DNA of 64,000 nucleotides from Candidatus Kaiserbacteria bacterium (GCA_019634005.1 JAHQWD010000003.1:240539-304538); one strand, 5' to 3'; shown: positions 18,854-28,969, numbered from the stretch's first letter. The notes: generated by a model not told the origin, from the letters alone. Numbers and translations: made by a program.

Positions 18854-19252
18854 ATGAAAGCAAAGAAACCAAAGGACAGTAGCGAATGGCGTGATACGTA
18901 CTACCATAAACTTTTTGGTCTAAAAGCTGCCAAAGAAGCAGCAAGGACGCTTCCTCTTTTTGAAAAGGAGAACCCTAAAGACAAAAGGCCTCGGAAGGCA
19001 ATCGAGAAGCTACGTTCGTGGGCTGAAGACGATAAACCATTGAGTATGAGAGAAGTAAGAAAACTGTCTCTTGACTCACACGCTGCTGCTCGTGAAGCAA
19101 AATCAGATGCCGCCCGATATGCAGCTAGAGCAGCCGGTCAAGCAATCGCGACGTGGCACATTCCCACGCACGCACTCGGTGCTTTTTCTTATGCTGCAAA
19201 AGCTCTATGTGCACAACAGAAGTACAGCAAACCTACTGCCCCAAAGAAGTAG
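18854..19252 (+). CDS. hypothetical alpha-helical protein (faintly immunity-protein-like)
   Basis: 132 aa, Ala/Lys-rich helical; TGGTATACT promoter-like element 12 nt upstream; no firm family assignment. Confidence 0.4.
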   Translation: MKAKKPKDSSEWRDTYYHKLFGLKAAKEAARTLPLFEKENPKDKRPRKAIEKLRSWAEDDKPLSMREVRKLSLDSHAAAREAKSDAARYAARAAGQAIATWHIPTHALGAFSYAAKALCAQQKYSKPTAPKK

Positions 19253-19373
19253 CGAGGTTTGATAACTGTACTATCGACTGCTTGATGTATTCTCGCTCCT
19301 CATAAAGTTCTGAAAGCCACGCTATTGGGTCACCAACTAGAGAGCTGGTTCGAGCACTCCAGGAGGTTTAATT

Positions 19374-19607
19374 ATGAATAAAGACTTTGAAACAATGTGG
19401 GTGCTAAGAAAGGATGAAAATACTCATCAGTTAATCAAAGCGCATAGATTCAATCCAGACCTCCATCAAAAATTATTTTGGAGGAATTTCGTAAAAGAAA
19501 GTCGTGAGAGAATATCACAAGTGAAGATTGACATAAATAACCCTTGGTTGGTCGGCATAGGTGGTACTATATTTACAGTCTTACTCTCAATAATATTTCT
19601 CAGATAA
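19374..19607 (+). CDS. small hypothetical protein with C-terminal TM helix
   Basis: 77 aa; AGGAGG SD 8 nt upstream; AT-rich; C-terminal WLVGIGGTIFTVLLSIIFL helix. Confidence 0.35.
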   Translation: MNKDFETMWVLRKDENTHQLIKAHRFNPDLHQKLFWRNFVKESRERISQVKIDINNPWLVGIGGTIFTVLLSIIFLR

Positions 19608-19636
19608 GGTATCTATTGCTATAGTTCTTATATATA

Positions 19637-22600
19637 TTACAAAACCTTGTCTATAGAATCCATTACCTTGATAGTTTCATTTAGGGACACGATCATTTTT
19701 TCGTAGTTAGAAAATTCTTCTGAAGTCAGTTTTTTGTTTCTGCGGTCTTTGAGGTACTTCTGGGCTGGTTGGTACCCGCCAATGTAGAAATTCCAGACGA
19801 CTTCAGGGACCCCGTCCCAGTACTGGGTGTCATTAATGTAGACACGACCGTTTTTGTACACTGGCTTCTTTACGGTATCATCACCGGCCTCGGGAAAGAT
19901 GGTGATGGCGTTGCGGATGTCGGGGTGGTTTAGCAGATGTAGCTCACGGAGGTGCCGGCCGTTCACCACAAGCTTCCAGAAGATGTCTTTATTCTCTGGG
20001 TACGGTACTCGGGGAAAGTCACTCTTCAGAAACTCTTGGTACTTAATGCGATAGCTCGGCGCATGAAGTACAGCATAGACATAATCAAACACATCTTCAG
20101 GTGTAGTGTCACCTGCAATCGCATCAATATAAGCGACAATTTTTTTGTCTAGGTTCGGCACTTTGTCACCGTCTTCTGCGTATAGATATAGAGGGCATAC
20201 GGCCTGACCACCACGGCGGTATATATTAAGGTCTACAATGCTGTTTGAGACAAAAACGGTATCGTACTCATTAGGATTGGCTGCAAAGCCCTGTCTGCTA
20301 AATAACATGGCGATATTGTCCTTTCCTAGTAGATGTTGCATCACCTTGTATCTAGGTGAATTAATCCAGCACTCAGTTTTCTGCGTGTAGTACATATAAC
20401 GAGTGTCAAATGGTCGGTACAGGAGTTTGGTTGGTTGCTCGCTAGAGGCCTCTCTCAGTTCTTCAATACGCTCCTCTTTTTTCGCTTTTCGTTGGTCCTT
20501 TATACCAAAATCATTGTACGGGTCGGCAGCATTTAGGATCTTGCTGGTCGTATCAACTAGACTCTTTTTATCATAAAAGACCGCCAGCCTATCAATTGCT
20601 GTAAAAATACCATTGGAGTTTAGTGGGAATAAGTCATTAAGAGGAAAGCCTTTCTTATACTCATCTTTACCTTCAACCTCTTCTAACCAGGTCTCAGTTT
20701 CAGTTGGTAACGTCTTCCATTCTAGCGATTTAAGCTCTTTAGTTGAGTCTAATATAGCAAATTTATCTTCACGGTTTCCATACAGATCTGCCTTGAATAC
20801 CGTAGCCAACTCTTTTCTCTTTACGTCACTTGTTTTAACACCAAAAATAATGGAGACACCGGTTTTAATGTCGAACACGTTTTTATCTTCACTACCATCT
20901 GGAGCTGTTTCTTTTTTGGTCGTGTTGCCATGAAGGTCAAGTACGTAAATCTTATCGAACGTCTGACGAAGATGCCAACGCATACCTCGGAAGGTTGGAT
21001 TATCGATGTAGCCGTGGGCAGTAATCATACCAATAACACCCTCACCATTTTTCTCAACCATGGCCTCAGCAAAGCGAATGAACTTTACGTAGTCATCGTC
21101 GAGCCAGTGCTTTCGCTCTTGGAGTTTTTGTTTTCCACCAGGTTCTATTTTGTATACATCATTTTCTGTATAGTGTTTGTTTTGGGAAATACCAGAGTAC
21201 GGAGGATTACCGAGCACCACCATAATGGGTTTCTCCTGCTTTACCTCTGATGCACGATTACTCTCTTCGGCAATGGTATTAACGACACCAAACAGGTCTC
21301 CCTGGCGTTTAATATGATGCGGCTCGTCGAGAGTGTTAGAGAGGTATACACCCAATCGATTCTTAAATTCCCTTACACCAGTCTGACGCATCGTCATTGC
21401 GAGTTTTAGGTGAGCAATCGTGTAGCTGGCCATCATGAGCTCGAAGCCGTGAAGCCGTGGAAGTAAGTGTTCATTAACGTAGGCTCCCCAGTGGCCTTGA
21501 TTATGTTTCTTAGTCTCGTGAATGTGATGCAAGGTTTCATTGAGGAATGTGCCGGTACCGACCGCTACATCAAGTAACTGGACACGGTGTACTTCTTCAG
21601 TAATTTTCACTCGCTGGCTCTTTGCTGTAGATGGCGCTTCTTCCATTCTGGTTTGGGTGATCTTTTCAGTATCAGCAAGACCATCCTGGATACCAAACTC
21701 ACGCTTCAGAATGTCATCAATACCACGCACAATAAACCGGACTATGGGCAGTGGTGTATAAAAGACTCCCATCTCCATTTTCTTCTTGGGGTCGTATTCA
21801 CGTAGGAAGTCTTCGTAAAAATGAATTACCGGATCTGGTGCTTCGTGTTCTTCACCAAAGAGGTTGGTTTGTTTGAAATAATCCTCCATTAGTGCTTTTA
21901 CGTCAGCATGACTAAACACTTCACATAGCTCATCCACCATTATCTCGAGGCGTTTTGGGAAGCTGCTTCCAGAGATATGGTCAAAAAAGCTTTTAAGGAA
22001 GGGATTGGTAGCTGGTACTAGCTCACGTGCTTCTTGGCGGCTAAAACTTTCAAGCGTATCGTCATTGTAGCGGGCAGCAAATAAGCCATAGACAAGAGTC
22101 TGAGCGTACATGTCTGCAAAATCAGCCACCTCAAACTCATGGATCAGGTGCTCACGGATAAAACGCATCATCCGCTCCAGCTCATCTTTCTGGTTACTCT
22201 CGCCATTTACAAAGGCCACCACGTTCTCACGGATACGCTGTGCCTTGCCGCCCATGATCTTGGCGAGGTGCTTTCCACTCTTGATTGGTTCTTTCTGACT
22301 CTGAATAAAATCATGTAGAGCACTGGCAAAAGAATCTCCATTTTCTGGATGAGGAATTAAGGTCTGAGAAGTTTTATTTAGTTCAGCAAGTCTTATTGGT
22401 TCTGTGTATGATTCGCCATTACGATAAAACCGAAATTCGGCATAATCGCTAATAATCAAGTTTGTGTATCCAAAGTATCGTGCTGCTTGTTCAGACTTTT
22501 CTATTTTATCTAAATCACTAGTAGCTTTTCTTGGATCTTTTACTTCAATGTATAACAAGGGCACTTCGCCTCGTCGTATTATATAGTCCGGTTTATTGCC

Positions 22601-22756
22601 ACTGGCCACCTTAGGATCGTGCTGTATTACATATTCAGGAGCGGGAAAAATAGACTCTAAATAATTCTGCAAGGCCGTACGGTAAGACATCTCTGTACTT
22701 GTTGGATCTGCGTAATATTTAGAGAGCTCAGATAAATAGTGCGATATGTTTTGCAT
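19637..22756 (-). CDS. Type IIL/IIG restriction-modification enzyme, MmeI family (fused endonuclease, N6-adenine methyltransferase and TRD)
   Basis: N-terminal PD-(D/E)xK block KPDYII...LLYIEVKDPRKATSDLDK closely resembles the MmeI nuclease region; methyltransferase motif I LDVAVGTGTFL and motif IV VLGNPPYSG; 1039 aa. Confidence 0.85.
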   Translation of the reverse strand: MQNISHYLSELSKYYADPTSTEMSYRTALQNYLESIFPAPEYVIQHDPKVASGNKPDYIIRRGEVPLLYIEVKDPRKATSDLDKIEKSEQAARYFGYTNLIISDYAEFRFYRNGESYTEPIRLAELNKTSQTLIPHPENGDSFASALHDFIQSQKEPIKSGKHLAKIMGGKAQRIRENVVAFVNGESNQKDELERMMRFIREHLIHEFEVADFADMYAQTLVYGLFAARYNDDTLESFSRQEARELVPATNPFLKSFFDHISGSSFPKRLEIMVDELCEVFSHADVKALMEDYFKQTNLFGEEHEAPDPVIHFYEDFLREYDPKKKMEMGVFYTPLPIVRFIVRGIDDILKREFGIQDGLADTEKITQTRMEEAPSTAKSQRVKITEEVHRVQLLDVAVGTGTFLNETLHHIHETKKHNQGHWGAYVNEHLLPRLHGFELMMASYTIAHLKLAMTMRQTGVREFKNRLGVYLSNTLDEPHHIKRQGDLFGVVNTIAEESNRASEVKQEKPIMVVLGNPPYSGISQNKHYTENDVYKIEPGGKQKLQERKHWLDDDYVKFIRFAEAMVEKNGEGVIGMITAHGYIDNPTFRGMRWHLRQTFDKIYVLDLHGNTTKKETAPDGSEDKNVFDIKTGVSIIFGVKTSDVKRKELATVFKADLYGNREDKFAILDSTKELKSLEWKTLPTETETWLEEVEGKDEYKKGFPLNDLFPLNSNGIFTAIDRLAVFYDKKSLVDTTSKILNAADPYNDFGIKDQRKAKKEERIEELREASSEQPTKLLYRPFDTRYMYYTQKTECWINSPRYKVMQHLLGKDNIAMLFSRQGFAANPNEYDTVFVSNSIVDLNIYRRGGQAVCPLYLYAEDGDKVPNLDKKIVAYIDAIAGDTTPEDVFDYVYAVLHAPSYRIKYQEFLKSDFPRVPYPENKDIFWKLVVNGRHLRELHLLNHPDIRNAITIFPEAGDDTVKKPVYKNGRVYINDTQYWDGVPEVVWNFYIGGYQPAQKYLKDRRNKKLTSEEFSNYEKMIVSLNETIKVMDSIDKVL

Positions 22757-22956
22757 TAATCAAGAGTAGCATTTTAGTCTTATATTCTCAATTTATGATT
22801 ATATTATTACTTTTTATCTCTCTCGAGAAGGGTCAATAGTATTTTGTGTCAAGTATTCATAGAGGGCCCATAAGACAACGTATTATTCTGGTCGCATTAC
22901 GAGAAGGCTCACCAACACAACAATTGGTGAGCCTCTTTTTATGCTACATTTACATA

Positions 22957-24129
22957 ATGACTACTACTGCAGACCGAAATATCCGACTTCTCAATATTCT
23001 CACTTCTTTATATGGTTTTCGTGCTTTTGAAGGTGTTCTTGCAGTTTATTTTGCAACCATCTCTGGATCTTTCGCGCTTGGTATGACCGTCCTTGCAGTG
23101 ATCAATCTATCCGCAAGCTTCTTTGAGATTCCAACAGGAGTGCTCTCAGATGCTATCGGGCGAAAGAAAACTGCCATTCTTCACTATCTCGCAAGTACAC
23201 TTTCTATCCTCTTTGTCTATATTGCAAAGGATACTACCTTTCTCATCATCGGAGCAGTCCTTATGGGACTCTCTATGGCACTGAAAAGCGGTGCACTTTC
23301 GGCATTCGTCTACGAGAATCTGGAGGTGCTCAACAAAACAGACCAATTTAAGAGAGTCGAAGGAAGGCGGTTGGCTCTTATGCGCTACGCGCTTATGACT
23401 GCGGGACTGTGCGGTACGCTACTTATCTACTTCTACACTATACAGACAGCCATCCTCCTAACTCTCATTGCAAGTGCTCTTGCCCTGCTTCTCAGTCTCT
23501 TCCTCAAAGATATTCGTGTATATACCCCTGACTCTACCAATGTCTATAGCGACCTCAAGAGAGCGTGGAATCTCTTTGCAGATAATCGTGCCCTTCGTAA
23601 CCTCAGTCTTGGTCGTATTATTTCTCGTGGTGCAGGTAACGCGGAATACCGCTTCCGAGCACTCTTTTTCTCAGCCATTATGCCCGAGTGGCTCGTCAAT
23701 CTCCTTGGTATTATAAATAATCTCTTCTCTGGCGTGGCAATGCATACAACACACTGGATAGTAGAACGTATCGGGATTGTGCGATCACTCGTACACATGG
23801 AGATTCTTGATCGTATACTCACCTCCGTCTTTGTTGCTATCAATACCGTGACTTCTGGAGTCCTCATGAGTATCACCAGCAGTATCACCTACGGAACACG
23901 TGAGATAGCAAGTGAGGATCTTCTTCAAGAGCATTACGAAAAGACACAGCGAGCAACCATGGGAAGCCTTGTCGGACTTACAGGGAGTCTTCTCTATGGA
24001 ATTGTCGCTATCCTACTTGGACTCGTTACAGACGAGATAGGTCTCATGAACACCATGCTTCTCATGCAGGGGGTACTTCTTTTGACACCATTCTTCTTTT
24101 ACAGAGGAATCAGACTTGCTCGATCATAA
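22957..24129 (+). CDS. MFS transporter
   Basis: 12-TM hydrophobic pattern; GRKKTAIL loop motif between TM2 and TM3; start at ATG 22957, 6 nt after TGCTACATT. Confidence 0.8.
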   Translation: MTTTADRNIRLLNILTSLYGFRAFEGVLAVYFATISGSFALGMTVLAVINLSASFFEIPTGVLSDAIGRKKTAILHYLASTLSILFVYIAKDTTFLIIGAVLMGLSMALKSGALSAFVYENLEVLNKTDQFKRVEGRRLALMRYALMTAGLCGTLLIYFYTIQTAILLTLIASALALLLSLFLKDIRVYTPDSTNVYSDLKRAWNLFADNRALRNLSLGRIISRGAGNAEYRFRALFFSAIMPEWLVNLLGIINNLFSGVAMHTTHWIVERIGIVRSLVHMEILDRILTSVFVAINTVTSGVLMSITSSITYGTREIASEDLLQEHYEKTQRATMGSLVGLTGSLLYGIVAILLGLVTDEIGLMNTMLLMQGVLLLTPFFFYRGIRLARS

Positions 24130-24134
24130 GGGGT

Positions 24135-24335
24135 CTACCCTTGATCCATATGTGTCTTCACGAGATCAGTGAGCTCTGCAACGTGCGCCTCTTTATCTTT
24201 CGCAAGTTTCTCCCAAAACATCTGACAATCTCCACATTCCGAAGAATCTGAGAGATATTCTTTCTTGATTCGATGGAGACTCTTACTCTCTTCGGTAAGC
24301 TGAAGCATCAGGTTGTACAAGTGGTTGCTTAACAT
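24135..24335 (-). CDS. hypothetical small protein
   Basis: 66 aa, helical, contains CGDC; no family assignment. Confidence 0.3.
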   Translation of the reverse strand: MLSNHLYNLMLQLTEESKSLHRIKKEYLSDSSECGDCQMFWEKLAKDKEAHVAELTDLVKTHMDQG

Positions 24336-24405
24336 ATGAAATATAGCTATGTGGTAATTACCTATTCAGTATACCAAGAAGTCTTGCCTGTGCTACGATA
24401 GAGAT

Positions 24406-24903
24406 ATGAAAGCAAATGATATATGCGCAGATGAAGAAGCGTACGGAGAGCACTGTAAAGCACATCTCTTGAGGCAGTATGAGCTCTACGTAGACGAAGT
24501 AGATAAGCTCAATGACCGAAGGCAGAAAACAAACGACTTTTTCTTGGCCATCAATACCGCAATCATTGCATTTCTCGGTATCATGATCCGCTTTGGAGAT
24601 GAGAATTTCACCACCTATTTGGTGCTCACCTCCCTTGCAGGGGTCGCAATCTGTGTACTTTGGTATTCCCTAATCCGAAACTATAGTATCGTCTCAGGCG
24701 CCCGATTCCAAATACTCCATCTTATTGAAGAGAAGCTCCCTATCCAGCTTTTTAAGAAAGAATGGGAACTTCTCACCAGCGGCGTACAGGGTAAACAATA
24801 TATGCCAATAACACACATTGAACGAAATGTTCCCTGGGTATTCATCATCCTCTATATACTCCTTCTTACTTTCCAGGGTGAGGTACTTGTATTTCTCCTC
24901 TAA
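24406..24903 (+). CDS. hypothetical membrane protein (about 3 TM)
   Basis: 165 aa; soluble N-terminus, TM hairpin (FFLAINTAIIAFLGIMI / LVLTSLAGVAICVLWY), C-terminal TM; ATG 6 nt after TGCTACGAT. Confidence 0.5.
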   Translation: MKANDICADEEAYGEHCKAHLLRQYELYVDEVDKLNDRRQKTNDFFLAINTAIIAFLGIMIRFGDENFTTYLVLTSLAGVAICVLWYSLIRNYSIVSGARFQILHLIEEKLPIQLFKKEWELLTSGVQGKQYMPITHIERNVPWVFIILYILLLTFQGEVLVFLL

Positions 24904-24941
24904 TTTGTGGTACATTCCGAGTGAGCAGAAAGGAGTGCGAC

Positions 24942-25172
24942 ATGCATGATGATCTTGAATTCCGAGCACATGTCCTTCTCGTTTGTTCTGTCACCAAAAA
25001 GGCAAAGTTGAAGGAGGTAAGTAAATGGTTCTCCACCTTCTGTGCAGCAGAGATGTGGGGAAAGACCTATGTAAAGGAGCTTGAGAAAGAGAAAAAACTT
25101 CCAAACGGAAAGAAATGTTCTGGGTACAAACCTGAAGTGCGATACGAGACACGGAGACGTCACGTATACTGA
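24942..25172 (+). CDS. hypothetical small protein
   Basis: ATG 24942 preceded by an AAAGGAG SD; 76 aa, Lys-rich; the ORF-track start at 24921 is GTG. Confidence 0.35.
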   Translation: MHDDLEFRAHVLLVCSVTKKAKLKEVSKWFSTFCAAEMWGKTYVKELEKEKKLPNGKKCSGYKPEVRYETRRRHVY

Positions 25173-25200
25173 ACGCCGCGCAGAATGCGCGGCGATTTCC

Positions 25201-25638
25201 TTATCTTTTTATATATGTCTCAAATACGTCCGATAGATTGCCGACAAGATTATATGAGCTATGTGCTCCTGGTTCTATCCATTCGTACGCGTCATGATCC
25301 TGACTCAAGGTAACAATATCATCTCCTTCTACTCGACAGATAAAAAACACACCAACAATCTGCCACTGATTTCCTTGCACCACGGGTCGCCACTCTCCAA
25401 CACTGATCGGAGCCTCAATAGATACTTCAAGCCCAGTCTCTTCACGTATTTCCCGACGGAGTGCATCCTCAAAGTGCTCTCCTGGAGTCAGTCTCCCACC
25501 AGGCACATCGTATGCTCCCTCATTCGTACCATCATCATACGCACCAGACTCACGAAGAATAAGTACCCTCCCTTCTTTATTTACAATAAGTGCTTTTGTC
25601 GCAAGAAATAATGTGACATCCATAGGCATATTATACAT
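25201..25638 (-). CDS. NUDIX hydrolase
   Basis: Nudix box GGRLTPGEHFEDALRREIREETGL. Confidence 0.85.
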   Translation of the reverse strand: MYNMPMDVTLFLATKALIVNKEGRVLILRESGAYDDGTNEGAYDVPGGRLTPGEHFEDALRREIREETGLEVSIEAPISVGEWRPVVQGNQWQIVGVFFICRVEGDDIVTLSQDHDAYEWIEPGAHSSYNLVGNLSDVFETYIKR

Positions 25639-26926
25639 CCTTCCACTCTGGATTCTGACGAACCAAAAGCTCTCGAGCGTTCTGTGGCTCCGCCATTACC
25701 TCCTCAACAATACGTTCCATGCGCATCTTCTGCGATCCTTTTATTAAAATAATATCTCCTGCTTCAAGCATTTCCTCAAGCTCTCGTCCTGCACGTTCGG
25801 TTGTCTCATACTGCAGTATATTTTTAGGACTCATACCATTCGCAAGCGCTCCCTCTGCAATACCGCGCGCACGGATACCGATAGTGAAAAGCATGTCTGC
25901 ACTCTCTACAACAGCTTTTCCAACAGCCTGATGTGCACCAGCAGATTCCCTACCGAGCTCCAACATATCTCCCAAGACCGCAATGCGTCTCTTTACCCCA
26001 GTCACCTGCTTCAATGTGCGGAGTGCGTTCTGCATCGATAACGGTGAGGCATTAATAGTATCGTCTATGATCATAGTCTCTTTTTCTCCTCGGATCAGAC
26101 GCATACGCCCTGGTGGTGGCACACATCCTGACGAGAGTGCCTCTGCTGCTGTCTTTGTATCAATATCAAAGAGTGATCCTACCGCAACCGCTGCAGCACA
26201 GTTGTATACATGCTGTACCCCCAGAGAGTCTTTGATGGTAATTTCCTCCTCCTTATCCGCATGGAGGAGCGTAAATGATGTACCAACAGGACGTCCATCT
26301 GCGTACTGAACCTCCTCTCCTTTTCCCTGAAAAGCAGACGGAGAATACCGACTATACGCAATGCTTTTCTGTAGAGTGTCTTCAGCAGACTTCTCTACAC
26401 GTGCATCATCTTGGTTATAGACAAGCGTACCTTCAGGCTTGAGTGCATGTACAAGTTTCATTTTCTCTTTAGTAATAGCCTCTGGGTCTGAATCAAAAAA
26501 CTCGATATGCGATGGCACATCAGGAAGATGCGTTAACACTACGACATCAGGATGTATCCACGAAGTTAGTCGCTCCATGTCTCCTGGACGATCAACCCCG
26601 ATCTCTAAGACGAGTATTTTTGGATAGTCTTTCGGAGAGAGTGCGGTCAGCAAACCCTCTACACAATTCTTAAGCCACACAAACGGGTTCTGCCAGCCGC
26701 TCTCGAGACCAAGTACCGCAAGCGGCACTCCAAGTTCTGAGTTGTAACTTTGTATACTCTTCCGCGCATGATGCTTCGTGCGTAACACCGTATAGATTGC
26801 ATCTTTTGTCGATGTCTTTGCCACACTTCCCGTAATGGCAACGATTGTTGGCTGTGCTTTCTTAAGTAAAAGCTTTGCTTCGGCGGTTAAGATCTTGGTT
26901 ACAGCTGTCTTAAAGAGTGTTTTCAT
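25631..26926 (-). CDS. murF: UDP-N-acetylmuramoyl-tripeptide--D-alanyl-D-alanine ligase
   Basis: ITGSVAKTSTKD P-loop-like, Mur ligase central and C-terminal domains; 431 aa. Confidence 0.85.
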   Translation of the reverse strand: MKTLFKTAVTKILTAEAKLLLKKAQPTIVAITGSVAKTSTKDAIYTVLRTKHHARKSIQSYNSELGVPLAVLGLESGWQNPFVWLKNCVEGLLTALSPKDYPKILVLEIGVDRPGDMERLTSWIHPDVVVLTHLPDVPSHIEFFDSDPEAITKEKMKLVHALKPEGTLVYNQDDARVEKSAEDTLQKSIAYSRYSPSAFQGKGEEVQYADGRPVGTSFTLLHADKEEEITIKDSLGVQHVYNCAAAVAVGSLFDIDTKTAAEALSSGCVPPPGRMRLIRGEKETMIIDDTINASPLSMQNALRTLKQVTGVKRRIAVLGDMLELGRESAGAHQAVGKAVVESADMLFTIGIRARGIAEGALANGMSPKNILQYETTERAGRELEEMLEAGDIILIKGSQKMRMERIVEEVMAEPQNARELLVRQNPEWKDV

Positions 26927-26932
26927 AGCAGA

Positions 26933-28642
26933 TTATCGGTCAGGAGGAAGATCGTAGTAGTTGATGAGAAACGTCGCCAAATCCATAAATGGCTCAGTGA
27001 GCGTCTCTGACGCATAGCGTACCTCCTTTGGATATACAGTATACAAGAAAATCAGGAATTCTGGTTCATAGGCAGGAAAATACCCAAAGAAAGAGTGCAG
27101 ATACCTATCCTCATAATACCCTCCATTCTCCTGATCTGCCATCTGTGCCGTACCCGTCTTTGCAGCAATACTGTATCGTGGGAGCGCTACCGTACCACCC
27201 AGAAGCGCCTCATCCACCACCTTGATCAGCATCCTGCTAATATCCTCACTGGTCTCTGAAGAAAAAACACGCTCCCCTTCAGGGAAAGAAATATCGTGTG
27301 TCGTGCCATCTTCATAGGTAATACTCTTTGCAATATGTGGCGTGATCAATGTTCCGCCATTTGCAAGTGTCGAGAGTGCTCGCACTGTTGCAATTGGTGA
27401 GAGTGCAATACCCTGTCCAAAAGACGCGGTCGCGTACTCAATCTCACGGGGACTCTTGAGGTTAGAAACTAAACCATGCACTTCCCCAGGAAGATCTATT
27501 CCCGTCTCACTTCCAAGTTTCAATCCAAGAAAATATTCTTTGAAGGTGTCAGTCCCCATTTCCAGGGTCACATGTGCTACACCTGTGTTCAGCGACTGAT
27601 TCAATATTTCCTGCACAGCCACATAGCCACGCGCCTCACCATCGTAGTTACTAAATGTCTCTCCATCGAGCGTCATGCGCCCTTCGTCAGTATAAAAAGA
27701 CGTTGGCGTAATCACCCCGGCATCCAGGCCTGCCGCAATCGTCAGTGGCTTTATGATAGATCCCATCTCATAGACATTCTCTACCAACGGATTGGAGAAG
27801 AGTTCGAGTGTCGCCTCACTTCGGTCATTGAGATCAAAGCTTGGTACAATATCAAGCGCATAGACCTCTCCTGTATTTGGATTGATCACAATCCCTCCCG
27901 TCATCTCACTGTCCCACGTCTCCTGTGCCTTTTTGAGCGTACTTGAGAGTGCTCGTGCCACCGTTGGCTCGATAGACGTCACCACATCTCCTTTTCGGAG
28001 TGAGGTGGAATCAAAAACGAGACTCCCCAGATTGCTAAACAGTTCTGCAAAGAAATTGACCGAAAGCCTATCATCATCCCGCTCTAAAACTTCCTCGTAA
28101 TATCGCTCCAGTCCATAGCGTCCCACCAAGTTATCTCCGTCATACCCCACAAACCCAACCGTACGTGCTGCAAGATCATTTCCTGGATAATACCGCCACT
28201 GATTCTTATACAGAGAGACCCCTGGAAGATCCAAAGCCTCAATGGCATCCGCCTCTTCCTCGGAGAGCTTCTGATACACCTCCTGGTACACTCTGTCCTT
28301 CTTCCCTGCTCTTTCTATGAAATCCTCTCTCGGAAGCGGTATAACCGCACGGAGCGCCTCATACGTGCCTTCTGGATCTTCTATGCGGGTCGCATCAATG
28401 GTGAGGACAAATCCAGAAGCAATCGTTCCTGCGGACACTTCCTGCCCATCCTTTGTCGTAAAGTAGATATTTCCTCGTGTATATAAATCTTGGACAGTGT
28501 GGACGTACTGTCCTTCCGCCCGAGTACTGTAGTAGTCTCCGTCAAGTAACTGTACCTGGTACAGTCGTAGAATAAGGATAAAGGCTCCCAATAGAATCAA
28601 ACCCGTAACAAAACGTATTCGCAGGACAGCCTTCGCTCTCAT
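26933..28642 (-). CDS. ftsI: penicillin-binding protein (FtsI-like class B transpeptidase)
   Basis: N-terminal TM, dimerisation domain, transpeptidase motifs SIIKP (SxxK), SNT-like and KTGTA. Confidence 0.9.
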   Translation of the reverse strand: MRAKAVLRIRFVTGLILLGAFILILRLYQVQLLDGDYYSTRAEGQYVHTVQDLYTRGNIYFTTKDGQEVSAGTIASGFVLTIDATRIEDPEGTYEALRAVIPLPREDFIERAGKKDRVYQEVYQKLSEEEADAIEALDLPGVSLYKNQWRYYPGNDLAARTVGFVGYDGDNLVGRYGLERYYEEVLERDDDRLSVNFFAELFSNLGSLVFDSTSLRKGDVVTSIEPTVARALSSTLKKAQETWDSEMTGGIVINPNTGEVYALDIVPSFDLNDRSEATLELFSNPLVENVYEMGSIIKPLTIAAGLDAGVITPTSFYTDEGRMTLDGETFSNYDGEARGYVAVQEILNQSLNTGVAHVTLEMGTDTFKEYFLGLKLGSETGIDLPGEVHGLVSNLKSPREIEYATASFGQGIALSPIATVRALSTLANGGTLITPHIAKSITYEDGTTHDISFPEGERVFSSETSEDISRMLIKVVDEALLGGTVALPRYSIAAKTGTAQMADQENGGYYEDRYLHSFFGYFPAYEPEFLIFLYTVYPKEVRYASETLTEPFMDLATFLINYYDLPPDR

Positions 28643-28657
28643 ACAGAACAGTATACC

Positions 28658-28969
28658 TTACCGAGAGAGTGCAACTGCAGGAGCACTTGCGTCAATGAAT
28701 GTCTTTTCGAGCGCTATAACGTACCCCTCCTCTTCTGCACGGAGTGTGCTGACAGCAAGCTGTGCATCAATGTATTGTGCTTCAAGTTGACTTACGTATG
28801 AACCAAGATCTGCAATTTCTCGATCGAGTTCTTTGCGCATGACAACGTGTACCACAGATGAAATAACAAAATATGCGTAGAGGGACGATACCACAAGCAG
28901 CATTGAACATGCCGCGAAAAACCATCGCTTGTGTGTCTGGTATGTCTGTGTTGTCTTTCGTGATGTCAT
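28658..28969 (-). CDS. ftsL: FtsL-like cell division protein
   Basis: 103 aa bitopic protein with coiled coil, located between rsmH and ftsI as in dcw clusters. Confidence 0.5.
   Translation of the reverse strand: MTSRKTTQTYQTHKRWFFAACSMLLVVSSLYAYFVISSVVHVVMRKELDREIADLGSYVSQLEAQYIDAQLAVSTLRAEEEGYVIALEKTFIDASAPAVALSR

Noticed and set aside
19330-19350. GGTTCGA heptamer upstream of the 19374 ORF as a possible tRNA 3' fragment or att site
   Set aside because: Flanking bases do not form a T-stem. A 7-mer is expected by chance several times in 64 kb.
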